DNA of 64,000 nucleotides from Armatimonadota bacterium (GCA_041690135.1 JAWLHY010000002.1:1104342-1168341), one strand, 5' to 3'. Shown: positions 1 through 9,447, counted from the first letter of the stretch. A program made the numbers and translations. The notes: generated from the letters alone by a model not told the origin.

Positions 1-786
1 GGGATAATCGCCGCCGACGTTCAGGCAGCGCTTGCCCAGGAGAACGGCCTCGCAGGCGGCGTGAGTATGCCCGCAGACCACCCACTGGATTCGCGGATCG
101 TCCAAGATGGTCCGCTGCATCCGGCGGTTGCCGGTGTAGGCCAACCAGAAGAGCTGTTCCGGAGTCCGGAGCGCGGAAGGGTAGAAGAGCGGCCGGACCG
201 GTGGGTGGTGCTGCAGGGTAATCACCTGCTCCACCGAGGCCGGCAATTCCGAGAGTTGCCGGCGGAAGCGCTCGACGATCCGCCCGGTGAAAGCCCAATC
301 GGTCATTCCCAGGTGCACGAACCGGCCGTCGTTATGGCGTCCGCGGGGGAAGAGCTTCTCCCGGTACATCTCCACGGCCTGGGGGTACTCCAGCTCCAGG
401 GTCGGGTCGGCGAAGCTGTAGTCGTACCAGTTCATGCTCCCGAGCACCGCCAGGCGCCCGGAGGGGTCCACATAGGGCTGGAGGTCGAGGTACTGGTAGC
501 CGCATTCGGCCGCCATCCGGGGGAGGCGCTCCTCATACAGCTCCAGGGATGCGGGGGAGGCGTCGTCCGTCCAGAGGTCGTGGTTACCGGGAAGCACCCA
601 GCAGAGCGGGGCCACCCCCTGTAGCGCCTCCAGGCACCAGGCGAACTCGTCGCCGGTGCCCACGTCCCCGGCGATGGCGAAGGCGTCGGGCTGCAGCTCC
701 GCAACCTTCCGCCCCAGCTCGCGCGTGGCCTCGTCGCCTCGAGGATGGTGCCCCCAGTGCAGGTCCGCCGTTACCGCCAGCCGCAT
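1..786 (-). CDS. Calcineurin-like metallophosphoesterase (3' end runs off the window)
   Basis: Not in the ORF track. Manual translation from ATG 786 gives MRLAVTADLHWG...AIAGDVG...LPGNHDLW...CGHTH, the DxH / GD / GNHD / GHTH motifs. Confidence 0.85.
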   Translation of the reverse strand, partial: MRLAVTADLHWGHHPRGDEATRELGRKVAELQPDAFAIAGDVGTGDEFAWCLEALQGVAPLCWVLPGNHDLWTDDASPASLELYEERLPRMAAECGYQYLDLQPYVDPSGRLAVLGSMNWYDYSFADPTLELEYPQAVEMYREKLFPRGRHNDGRFVHLGMTDWAFTGRIVERFRRQLSELPASVEQVITLQHHPPVRPLFYPSALRTPEQLFWLAYTGNRRMQRTILDDPRIQWVVCGHTHAACEAVLLGKRCLNVGGDYP

Positions 787-851
787 GGTTGTGACTATAC
801 TCCCTTGAAGACCCGCCCGATTGAGCGCGATGGAGAGAAAGGAGCCCCCGG

Positions 852-1358
852 ATGATCACTCCCGAATATTGCCGCCTGATGAGCCGGTATAACTGCTGGA
901 TGAACGAGCGCCTCTACGCCGTGTGCGCCGAGCTCACCGATCCGGTGCGCAAGGAGGACCGCGGCGCGCCGTTCCGCTCCATTCACGGAACCCTCAACCA
1001 CCTGCTCCTCGCAGACCGGGCCTGGATGGGCCGCTTTACCGGGGTGCCGTACCCGGCCAGGTCGCTCGATCAGGAGCTCTACGCTGACTTCGCGGAGCTC
1101 CGCCGCGAGCGGGAGATCACCGATTCCGTTATCGAGGACTGGGTCGCCGCGATCACTCCGGAGCGCCTCGCCGCGGATCTTACCTTCACCAGTCTTTCCC
1201 GGCCCGAGCCGCGCACTGTTCCCCTCTGGTTCCCGGTGACCCACATGTTCAATCACCAGACCCACCATCGCGGCCAGCTTACCACCCTCCTGGAACAGCT
1301 CGGCTGCGACTTTGGCGTCACGGACCTGATGTGGCTGCCGGGAGGGTGCGAGGGGTAA
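852..1358 (+). CDS. DinB/YfiT family protein
   Basis: SIHGTLNHLL and HMFNHQTHHRGQ motifs; AGGAG RBS upstream. Confidence 0.9.
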   Translation: MITPEYCRLMSRYNCWMNERLYAVCAELTDPVRKEDRGAPFRSIHGTLNHLLLADRAWMGRFTGVPYPARSLDQELYADFAELRREREITDSVIEDWVAAITPERLAADLTFTSLSRPEPRTVPLWFPVTHMFNHQTHHRGQLTTLLEQLGCDFGVTDLMWLPGGCEG

Positions 1359-1889
1359 ACGATCCGCGAATTGGGCGAATGGAACGAATTTGGAGAAGGG
1401 TGTTCGGGTGTTCGGGTGTTCAGGTGTTCGGGTGTTCAGGTGTTCGGGCAACGTCAAAGAGGGTCATTGCGAGGAGCGGTGTACCTGATCCAACTTCCCC
1501 GAGTCTGATGAGCCTCCTGCCGAAGCACCAGCTTGCTGAACCAGAAGCCGTAAGCGACGCGGCAAGCCCCCTGGTCAGGGAAGCCGTCCTGATACGGCGT
1601 CCTCATCCTAGTCCTGGTCCTAATCCATCAGCCCCCTGGTCAGGGCACCCGTAACAGACCCGCAACCTTTGCACCCGTACTGCCAACCCGTCCGGGGTCC
1701 GGTCTCTTTATCCTGATCCACTCCGCCCCTGGTCAGGGCAGAAGTCCTTACCTGGGATTCCTATCCTAATCGTTATCCTAGTCCTAATCCGTCCCGCCTC
1801 CGGGTCAGGGCCGCCGTCGCGGGACGGAACTCTTTATCCTTATCTTCCTATCCTTATCCTCTCAGTCCTTATCCACCCCTCTCCTTATC
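1359..1889 (+). repeat. Composite dispersed repeat, copy 1: GATCCGCGAA motif, 6x RGGTGTTC octamer, split GTCATTGCGAGGAGCG...AGCGACGCGGCAAGC element, 4x CCCCTGGTCAGGG-like units, ATCCTW hexamer tracts
   Basis: Octamers at 1398-1445; 13-mers at 1568, 1633, 1726 and 1798. The same modules occur in the same order on the minus strand at ~47800-48425. Confidence 0.85.
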
Positions 1890-4016
1890 CTATTGCGGTA
1901 GAAACTGGATCCCGTCCACCACCACGAAGCCGTCCGTGTCCTTATTGCCGAGGGTGACGGTGGTCTTCTTTCCCTTGGGAAGTCGGAACTTGCCGAGGGA
2001 ATGGAAGCCCTCGCCTGCTTCGGTGCGCATGTTGACCTTGACGGTGACCGTTTCGCCGCCCTCGACGGCGATCGTCACGGGGGCGTTGGTGGCGCGGTTG
2101 GGGTTGGGCGGGGCGATCAGCCGGATCTCATACTCCGCGTCCCGGGGAAGATCCGGCGTAAAGGCAATGGTGGTCTCGCCCTTCTGCGTATTGCCGTCGT
2201 GGAGGTAGCCCGTCCCGATCTTGCGGGCTCCCGAGATCGTGGACTGCGACCAGCGCCCGGTCTTCTTCCCGTCGTGGTCGTCCAGCGCGATCCCTTTGAG
2301 GGTGCTGGCGGGGATGAGCAGGGCGGAGTTGCCGCCGGGGCCCGCGCTCCGCTGCCACTCCAGGATGTGGCCGAGCTCCAGCAGCCGGTTCCGCAGCCGG
2401 GAGTAATCCACTTCCTGGACCGGGGTATCCGTGTCGAGGGCCATCCCCGCGGCGACTGCGGCGGACTGGCCGAGGATCATGAAGACCGGCTCCATGCGGA
2501 TGGACCCGTAGGCGATATGGCTGGCGGAGAGACAGACCGGCACCAGCAGGTTCTGGACCTCCTTGCGCGCCGGCACGATGGACCGGTAGGAGATAGGGTA
2601 GGGAGAGAAGCCACCCACCTGGACGTCACCCTCGTTGCGCACCTTGCCGTCGATCACCACGCGGTCGCAGTTGTGGGAATCCATGCCGTAGGCGCCGAGC
2701 CCGACGGCATCCACGGCGCGGAGTTTGCCGCGGCAGTTGTGCTCGGTCATCACGTAGTCCGAAATCATCCGCCGGGCCTCGCGCACGTAGAGCTGGCGCG
2801 GCCAGCCGCCCGTATCCTGGAACTCATCCTTGCAGAGGCCCCATTCGGCCATCCGGGTGCGGATCGGCTCCGGAACGCTAGGGTCGTTGGCGAGAAACCA
2901 CTGCAGTCCCTGCTGGTAGACCACGTGGCGCTGGAAGATCTTCTCGCGGGTCCGGTAGTCACCGTCCGGCCAATCGTAGTTCTGCCCGATGAAGTCGGTA
3001 GAGACGGCGCCGTGGTTGTTCGTGTCCACCTTGTCGCCCCGGATCGCGTCGAACTTGCGGAAGACTTCGTTCCAGCCGGTGTTCAGGTACCGGGCGAGCA
3101 GGACGTACTGCTGCGGATCATATCCCTCCGGCTTCGGGAACGGGATCCGGTTCTCCGGCTTCTGCGTCAGGGTCATGCGGAAGTTGTACGCCTGGACGCG
3201 GTGGTCGCCGGTTCCCGCGGGCGCCACCGGCTGGGGGTTGATCCCCGGTAGCAGTCCGCTCTTCGGGTCGTCTTCGATCACGTAGGGGGAGACGGGGTAG
3301 TCGAACTGGTGCTTGTTGTGGACCTGTACACCGTTGATCGTCTCGCCGTAGACGCTGTTCGCCTCCCGCCCGACGTGGTAGCTCACGCCGGCTTTCGCCA
3401 TCAGGTCGCCCTCGTAGGTGGCGTCGATGAACATCTTCGCGGTAACCGTCAGGCCGCGCTCCGTGGTGAGGGACGTGATCCGGGGACCCTTCTTGCCGAT
3501 CGCCTTGAGGAAGTGCCGGTAGTGGACGGGCACCTTCGCCTCCGCGATCATTTCCTGGTAGACCGCTTCGGCGACCTTCGGCTCGAACCGCCACTCTTCC
3601 TCGACGCCGTACTTCTGCCCAATCCGCTTGTAGACCTCGCGGGAGAGGCCTCCGATGGCCGCTTTATTGCCGATGTCGGTGTTCGTGAGGCCCCCGGTGG
3701 TGAGGCCGCCCAGGTGAGCTTCCGGCGCCACCAGCACCACCCGCCGGCCGTCCCGCGCCGCCTGGAGCGCGGCGGTGATCCCGCCGGAGGTGCCGCCGTA
3801 CACGCACAGGTCGACGTCGAGCTTTTCGGGAGTGACCTTCCCGCGGACCGGTTCGTAGTAGTGCAGGTTCGGATGGATCGGCACCGTGCCGCCCTTCGTT
3901 TCGCCCGCCTGTCCCGGCGGCATTGCCAGGCCGGTGCACACCACCCCAGCCGTCAGTCCCGCTACCACCGTCCAGGACCCACCCCGGCCCGCAACTTCAC
4001 GCCAACCTGCACTCAT
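1890..4016 (-). CDS. Secreted FAD-dependent oxidoreductase with a C-terminal xanthan-lyase/golvesin-like carbohydrate-binding domain
   Basis: DLCVYGGTSGG dinucleotide-binding motif; DATYEGDL; SASHIAYGSIRMEP; C-terminal PNPNRATNAPV...VVDGIQF. Start codon uncertain. Confidence 0.85.
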   Translation of the reverse strand: MSAGWREVAGRGGSWTVVAGLTAGVVCTGLAMPPGQAGETKGGTVPIHPNLHYYEPVRGKVTPEKLDVDLCVYGGTSGGITAALQAARDGRRVVLVAPEAHLGGLTTGGLTNTDIGNKAAIGGLSREVYKRIGQKYGVEEEWRFEPKVAEAVYQEMIAEAKVPVHYRHFLKAIGKKGPRITSLTTERGLTVTAKMFIDATYEGDLMAKAGVSYHVGREANSVYGETINGVQVHNKHQFDYPVSPYVIEDDPKSGLLPGINPQPVAPAGTGDHRVQAYNFRMTLTQKPENRIPFPKPEGYDPQQYVLLARYLNTGWNEVFRKFDAIRGDKVDTNNHGAVSTDFIGQNYDWPDGDYRTREKIFQRHVVYQQGLQWFLANDPSVPEPIRTRMAEWGLCKDEFQDTGGWPRQLYVREARRMISDYVMTEHNCRGKLRAVDAVGLGAYGMDSHNCDRVVIDGKVRNEGDVQVGGFSPYPISYRSIVPARKEVQNLLVPVCLSASHIAYGSIRMEPVFMILGQSAAVAAGMALDTDTPVQEVDYSRLRNRLLELGHILEWQRSAGPGGNSALLIPASTLKGIALDDHDGKKTGRWSQSTISGARKIGTGYLHDGNTQKGETTIAFTPDLPRDAEYEIRLIAPPNPNRATNAPVTIAVEGGETVTVKVNMRTEAGEGFHSLGKFRLPKGKKTTVTLGNKDTDGFVVVDGIQFLPQ

Positions 4017-4136
4017 ACTTCAAACCTCGCTTTCCATCCCCTTTGTCGGCTACGGAAGCCTCCGGTTCCTCCTCGGCCCGGTGGGAAGACGCGGATCGCT
4101 TGTAGTTGGCGCGGTTCTATCTAGACGGTGGACGAC

Positions 4137-4190
4137 AAGTACTACAAAATGTAGGTAATTACTGACAACTACCGACATTTTGTAGTACTT
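4137..4190. promoter_or_regulatory. 24-bp inverted repeat, probable AbiEi operator
   Basis: AAGTACTACAAAATGTAGGTAATT-actgac-AACTACCGACATTTTGTAGTACTT; 22/24 complementary; ends 2 bp before the abiEi ATG. Confidence 0.8.
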
Positions 4191-4192
4191 CG

Positions 4193-4795
4193 ATGGACGA
4201 TAAAGCCACCACACGAGCCCTGCAATTGGCTGCCGAACAGGGAGTAGTCCGCCCGCGAGACCTGATTGCACACGGCGTCCCCCACACGCTGCTTTCGCAA
4301 CTCCACAAACAAGGACGGCTCCAGAGGGTTTCTCGCGGGCTGTACAGGCTGCCTGATGCGCCGGTTTCCGAGCACTCTTCGCTGGTTCAAGCCTGCACAC
4401 GCATTCCGGGCGGCGTGATCTGCCTGCTGTCGGCTCTCCGTTTCCATAACCTCGGCACGCAGAACCCCTTCGAGGTCTGGATGGCGATCCATTTCAAAGC
4501 AAGAATGCCGAAGCCGGACTACCCGCCGCTGCGCATCGTCCGTTTCTCCGGCGCAGCCTTGCTCGAGGGCGTCGAGGAGCATTCGACACCTGACGGAAGG
4601 GTGCGCGTCTTCGGAGTAGCGAAAACCGTGGTGGATTGCTTCCGTTATCGAAACAAGATTGGACTGGATGTCGGTCTGGAGGCGCTGGATGTCAGTCTCC
4701 GCGAACGCCGAGCAACGGTTGACGAGATCTGGCGGTACGCCCGCCTGCTGCGAATGACCAACGTCCTACGTCCCTATCTGGAGGCTAGAGGATGA
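4193..4795 (+). CDS. abiEi: Type IV toxin-antitoxin antitoxin, AbiEi family (winged helix)
   Basis: N-terminal wHTH ending in RVSRGLYRLP; GVICLLSALRFH; KTVVDCFRYRNKIG; ATGA overlap with the next gene. Confidence 0.88.
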   Translation: MDDKATTRALQLAAEQGVVRPRDLIAHGVPHTLLSQLHKQGRLQRVSRGLYRLPDAPVSEHSSLVQACTRIPGGVICLLSALRFHNLGTQNPFEVWMAIHFKARMPKPDYPPLRIVRFSGAALLEGVEEHSTPDGRVRVFGVAKTVVDCFRYRNKIGLDVGLEALDVSLRERRATVDEIWRYARLLRMTNVLRPYLEARG

Positions 4796-5730
4796 ACGAT
4801 AAGCCGCCGCGCAACGTGCCGGCATCGGTGCGAGATCGACTCCTTCGCCTTTCGCGCGAGCGTGGCGAGGACTTTCAGGCTGCTCTTACGCGATATGCGA
4901 ATGAGCGCTTGCTGTACCGCTTGAGCCTTTCACCACACCGCGAGCGGTACGTCCTCAAAGGCGCCAAGCTCTTTGAGATCTGGACCGGAGAGATTCATCG
5001 CCCCACACGCGATATCGACTTCCTGGGGTTCGGAAGTCCTGTGGTTGCGGAAGTAGTGGCAAACGTCCGCGAGATCTGTACGTGGTCCGCGCCGGTAGAT
5101 GATGGGATTGCGTTTGATCCAGCCAGCGTCATGGGTGCTCCCGCCCGCGAAGATCAGGAGTACCAGGGGGTATCCATCAAGTTGAATGCCCATCTCGCCG
5201 GGGCAAAGGTTCAGATCCAGATCGACTTCGGATTCGGCGACGCCATCACTCCCGCAGCAGCGGTAACGGAGATCCCTGCCTTGCTTGACTTCCCTTCACC
5301 GTTGCTGCGGGTCTATCCCCGAGAGACGGTGGTGGCAGAGAAGTTCCAGGCGATGGTGGCACTCGGCATCACCAATAGCCGGATGAAGGACTTTTACGAC
5401 ATCGCCTACCTGGCACAGCGGTTCGACTTCGAGGGCGACCTGCTCCGTCGGGCGATCGTGGCGACGTTCCTACGCCGTCAAACCGAGGTTCCGACCGAAC
5501 TCCCGCTGGCTCTGACTGCCGAGTTTTACGAAGATCCAGACAAACAGCAGCAATGGAAGGCGTTCATCACCAGGAGTCGCCTCAGTGGAGACATGGCGCA
5601 ATTAGGCAACGTCATTCAGTGCTTACAGTCCTTCTTGATGCCGCCTTCACGCTCTGCGGCCTTCGCGGAGGCCCTCAATCTGCAGTGGGATGCCGGGGCG
5701 GGAAAGTGGATGCCCACATCTGAAGGGTGA
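4792..5730 (+). CDS. abiEii: Type IV toxin-antitoxin toxin, AbiEii/AbiGii nucleotidyltransferase
   Basis: YVLKGA, RPTRDIDF, AEKFQA and SRMKDFYD motifs. Confidence 0.92.
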   Translation: MNDKPPRNVPASVRDRLLRLSRERGEDFQAALTRYANERLLYRLSLSPHRERYVLKGAKLFEIWTGEIHRPTRDIDFLGFGSPVVAEVVANVREICTWSAPVDDGIAFDPASVMGAPAREDQEYQGVSIKLNAHLAGAKVQIQIDFGFGDAITPAAAVTEIPALLDFPSPLLRVYPRETVVAEKFQAMVALGITNSRMKDFYDIAYLAQRFDFEGDLLRRAIVATFLRRQTEVPTELPLALTAEFYEDPDKQQQWKAFITRSRLSGDMAQLGNVIQCLQSFLMPPSRSAAFAEALNLQWDAGAGKWMPTSEG

Positions 5731-5823
5731 AAGGGCGACACATAGCGCCTCCCAGCGCAAGAACGATCAAGCAGCAGGTGGTGGGTGGGTGTATCGTGTC
5801 GCTGCGCCTGGAGAGGAAGCGTT

Positions 5824-6657
5824 ATGAACCCCGTGCAGAAGGCCTTGTGGTTCGTCGAGAGCCATTCCCGTGAAGAGATCACGCTGGAGGACATCGCCCG
5901 CGTCTGCGAGGTGTCCGCCTACCATCTCACGCGGGCCTTCGCGGCGACGATGGGCGTGCCGTTGATGCGGTACGTGCGGGGTCGCCGTCTCACGGAAGCC
6001 GCCCGGCAGCTTGCCCGGGGAGCCGACGACATCCTCTCCGTCGCACTCGAGGCCGGTTACGGCTCGCATGAGGCGTTCACCCGTGCGTTCCGGGACCAGT
6101 TCGGCCTCACCCCCGAGCAGGCCCGCGCTCGGGGGCATCTTTCTGACCTACCCTTAATGGAGGCGATCGCGATGAGTATGACACCCGTTCCCACCCTCGC
6201 ACCCCCGCGCTTTGAAACCCTGGGGTCCGTCCGCCTGGCCGGGCTGGTAGAGCGTTACGGCTGCCAGGCGTCCCAGGGCATTCCCGAGCAGTGGCAGCGG
6301 TTCGGTCCCTACCTCGGCCACGTTTGCGGCCAGGTGGGAGAGGCCGCGTACGGTGCCAGCTTCAACTTCGATGGTGACGGCAACTTCGACTACCTGTGCG
6401 GCGTGGAGGTGAACGGCGTCGCGGCGCCGCCGCGGGACCTCGCCGTGCTGGAGTTGGCCCCGCAGCGATACGCCGTGTTCACGCATTCCGGTCACGTGGC
6501 CGGGATCCGCGCCACCTGCGCCGCGATCTGGAACGACTGGTTCCCGTCTTCCGGCTGTCAGGCAGTTCAGGCCCCGATGTTCGAGCGCTACGGACCCGAG
6601 TTCAATCCCTTGACCGGGTTGGGGGGCTTCGAAATCTGGATCCCGGTCCAGAGATAG
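5824..6657 (+). CDS. AraC family regulator with a GyrI-like effector-binding domain
   Basis: Double HTH (SVALEAGYGSHEAFTRAF) plus C-terminal GyrI-like domain (YAVFTH, FERY, EIWIPV). Confidence 0.9.
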   Translation: MNPVQKALWFVESHSREEITLEDIARVCEVSAYHLTRAFAATMGVPLMRYVRGRRLTEAARQLARGADDILSVALEAGYGSHEAFTRAFRDQFGLTPEQARARGHLSDLPLMEAIAMSMTPVPTLAPPRFETLGSVRLAGLVERYGCQASQGIPEQWQRFGPYLGHVCGQVGEAAYGASFNFDGDGNFDYLCGVEVNGVAAPPRDLAVLELAPQRYAVFTHSGHVAGIRATCAAIWNDWFPSSGCQAVQAPMFERYGPEFNPLTGLGGFEIWIPVQR

Positions 6658-6658
6658 G

Positions 6659-7906
6659 TCACCGCGTGTAGGCGAGGGCGGGGTCGGTGTCGTCGCGGGC
6701 GGAGTTCAACCCTGGCGTGGGCAGTAGCCGGTCGGCCTGGCGGTCGTACAGGTAGATGTCGCGGGCCCCCTCGCCGCCGAACCGTTCGGAAACGAAGGTG
6801 AGATATCGGCCGTCCGGACTCAGCGCTGGGCTCTGGTCCGGGCCCGAGCCGTTCAGTCCGGGCAGCGGCACCAGGGCCCGCTTCTGCCGGTCGTAGAGGT
6901 AGACGTCCAGATTGCCGGAGCCTGCCGGGCGACCGGGCTGCTGGGGCCGGGTCGAGACGAAGGCGACCCACCGCCCATCCGCACTGATTGCCGGCTCCGT
7001 CTCACGGGAGGGGGAGTTGAGACCAGGTAGGGGCTCCAGGCGCTTCTCCAAAAGGTCGTACAGGTAGATGTCCTGGAGACCGGCCCCGCCGGGTCGGGAC
7101 GAGGCGAAGGCGAGCCAGCGGCCGTCTCCACTGAGCGAGGGCATCCGGTCGTCATCGTCGGAGTTGAGCCCCGGGCATTCCAGGAGAGTTTTCGAGTTCC
7201 GATCCAACACGTAGAGGTTCCAACCCGAGGGGGCCGAGCGCCGGAGCGAGGCAAAGACGCAGAGGCGGCCGTCCGCACTGAGGCATGGGGACATATCGAC
7301 CGCGGACGTCTCCGGAATCGCCGTCTCCTCGACTCGTTGGTCCGGCACGCTCCAGAGTGCCAGCCGGCTCTGCTTCCCCACGTCTTCGTAGTTGTAGGCG
7401 CACAGGCGCCCGTCCGGGGTGAGGCAGGGCTCGAAATCACTGCGGTCCTTGATGCGCGGCACTTCCCCGGAGACCTTTCCCCCGGCGACCCCGTCGTGCG
7501 CGTAGAAGTAGAGATAGGGATGGCCGACGTGAGCCCGATACGAAGCCACTGCTATCAGCAGGGGGTACGGTTTGGCAGGAGGAGGTGCTGGGTTGCAGGT
7601 TGGCAAGTTGGAAGGTTGAAGGTTGGGAACCCTTGTCGTCGGAAACGGGTGCCGTTTGGCGGAGGTGGGTGCAGGCCCCCCTCGAGGGCTAAAGGTTGGC
7701 AAGTTGGCAAGTTGGTAGGTTGAAGGTTGAAGGTCGGGAACCCGGGCGAACCAGAGGGGGTGCGGTTTGGCGCATAGGTGTTCTAGCGCAGGCATTGCGA
7801 CCGCGCTGGTGAGGAGCGCGGTGATCAGTAGCGGGAACTGCTGCCCTCTCCCCACGGGTGCGGTTATTCGATATCTGTCAGCCTTCAATACCAGCAACCT
7901 CGACAT
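6659..7906 (-). CDS. TolB-like PD40/WD40 beta-propeller protein; N-terminus interrupted by in-frame repeats; start uncertain
   Basis: Repeated PxLSxDGRWxAFxS and DIYLYD blades. A signal-like LLITALLTSAVA precedes repeat-derived NLQPSNLPT segments. Confidence 0.75.
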   Translation of the reverse strand: MSRLLVLKADRYRITAPVGRGQQFPLLITALLTSAVAMPALEHLCAKPHPLWFARVPDLQPSTYQLANLPTFSPRGGPAPTSAKRHPFPTTRVPNLQPSNLPTCNPAPPPAKPYPLLIAVASYRAHVGHPYLYFYAHDGVAGGKVSGEVPRIKDRSDFEPCLTPDGRLCAYNYEDVGKQSRLALWSVPDQRVEETAIPETSAVDMSPCLSADGRLCVFASLRRSAPSGWNLYVLDRNSKTLLECPGLNSDDDDRMPSLSGDGRWLAFASSRPGGAGLQDIYLYDLLEKRLEPLPGLNSPSRETEPAISADGRWVAFVSTRPQQPGRPAGSGNLDVYLYDRQKRALVPLPGLNGSGPDQSPALSPDGRYLTFVSERFGGEGARDIYLYDRQADRLLPTPGLNSARDDTDPALAYTR

Positions 7907-8090
7907 TTTGCCAATTGGCAACCGGCGATCCGTTCCTGCCCTGCCCTGCCAAACGGTGCTCGACATGCCTCCGAGGGTTTCCAACCTGCAAACTTGCCAA
8001 CTTGCCAACCCAGATCCCCTCTCCGGTTAACCCGTACCCCATCTGACACCCGGGGTTTCCAATCTTCAACCTTCAACCTTCAACCTGCAA
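7592..8090. repeat. Cluster of AAGGTTG / CAAGTTGG 7-8-mer tandem repeats in both orientations
   Basis: Tracts at ~7592-7628 and 7692-7740 (+), ~7975-8010 and 8050-8090 (reverse); another tract at ~11027-11053. Confidence 0.8.
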
Positions 8091-8121
8091 TCCCTGATCC
8101 CGGTCTGCCAATCCGTACCCG

Positions 8122-9447
8122 TCAAAGGACCTCCGGAAGGGGTTCGCCGGATCCCACGAAAGGACGCGCGCGGGGATCGTCGTTAGCATTCACGCCCAGG
8201 ATGCGGTAGAGGGTGGTCACGAAGTCGGGAAGGGACACCGGGCGACTGGCCGGATAGGCGCCCTGGGCGTCGCTGTCGCCGATGATCGTGCCGCGGGGGA
8301 CGCCAGCGCCAGCCAGCAGCACGGACTGGCAGGGCGGCCAGTGGTCCCGGCCACCCCACTGGTTCATCTTGGGGGTGCGGCCGAATTCGCCCACCGCCAC
8401 CACCAGCGTCTGCTCCAGCAGGCCCCGGTCATCCAGGTCGCGAAGGAGGGTGGCCATTCCGTGGTCAAAGCGAGGGCACAGCTGTGTCTCCATCCGCGAG
8501 AGACCAGGCAACTCCGCGCCGTGGATATCCCAGGCGTCGAACGCGGAAGAGTCGTCGGAGTAATCCCCGAACCACTTGATCTCCACGAAGCGGCTGCCGG
8601 CTTCGATCAGACGGCGGGCCAGGAGGCAGCTCTGTCCGAACTTATTCGCACCGTAGGCATCCCGCAGGCGCGCGGGCTCCTTCCCCAGGTCCAGCGCTCG
8701 CCGGACCTCCGCCGAGGTCAGTGCGGTGATGGCTCGCCGGTACGCCGCGTCGCGGGTTGCGATGATCGGATCGGCCTCCAGGCCACGGCGCCAGTGGTCG
8801 AATTCCTCGGCGAGCTTCAACCGGCGGGCGAAACGGTGCTCACCTAGTGCCGCAGGCGGATCGAAGTCGGGTAGGACCACGCGCGGGGCGGAGGGGTCGG
8901 GGATGTGGACCGGATCGAAACCGGCCCCTAGTCGCCCGCCCCCGATCCCCAGGATCTGCTTGCCCAGGCGGAAGAACGGAACCATCTCCGCGTCGCGCGC
9001 CTGCAGATACGTGAAAACGGCCCCGAAGGTGGTGTCTCCGGTGGTCGAGCCGGTCATCACGTGCCGGGCGCTGTGGATATCAAAGGAATGGGTGAGGGTT
9101 CGGATGACCGTGAACCGGTGCATCTCCTGGGAGAGGTTGGGCAGTAGCTCACTGATCCGTATGCCGGAGACGCTCGTCTCGATGGCGCCGTAGGGCCCCC
9201 GGATCTCGGCCGGCTGCTCCGGCTTGGGATCGAAGGTCTCGTACTGGCTCGGTCCGCCGTTGAGGAAGATGAAGATGCAACTCCGGTCCGCACGGTTTCC
9301 CGGGGCGGGCTTCGGCGAGGCTTGGGCCGCTGGCGCGAAGGCATCCGCCAGGGTAAGCCCCAGCGTGCCCACCCCTCCGAGGGTGAGCATCCGGCGCCGT
9401 GAAACCCCCTCACAGGTTCGGACCCGACCTTCGCCTAACTCCAGCAT
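8122..9447 (-). CDS. DUF1501 domain protein with Tat-like leader
   Basis: SRRRML leader; GGPSQYETFDPKP; GQSCLLARRL; WDIH; GEFGRTP; GRDHW; GGAGG RBS before ATG 9447. Confidence 0.9.
   Translation of the reverse strand: MLELGEGRVRTCEGVSRRRMLTLGGVGTLGLTLADAFAPAAQASPKPAPGNRADRSCIFIFLNGGPSQYETFDPKPEQPAEIRGPYGAIETSVSGIRISELLPNLSQEMHRFTVIRTLTHSFDIHSARHVMTGSTTGDTTFGAVFTYLQARDAEMVPFFRLGKQILGIGGGRLGAGFDPVHIPDPSAPRVVLPDFDPPAALGEHRFARRLKLAEEFDHWRRGLEADPIIATRDAAYRRAITALTSAEVRRALDLGKEPARLRDAYGANKFGQSCLLARRLIEAGSRFVEIKWFGDYSDDSSAFDAWDIHGAELPGLSRMETQLCPRFDHGMATLLRDLDDRGLLEQTLVVAVGEFGRTPKMNQWGGRDHWPPCQSVLLAGAGVPRGTIIGDSDAQGAYPASRPVSLPDFVTTLYRILGVNANDDPRARPFVGSGEPLPEVL

Noticed and set aside
795-1654. ORFs 795-1457(-) and 1331-1654(+) containing EHLNT/VFGCSG repeats
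   Set aside because: These are translations of the octamer repeat and overlap the dinB-like gene; not credible proteins.
1568-1810. CRISPR array
   Set aside because: The repeats are only 13 bp, the spacers are irregular and related to each other, and there are no cas genes.
4050-5790. Integrative element or prophage around the AbiE pair
   Set aside because: No integrase, transposase, att-like direct repeats or phage genes were seen.
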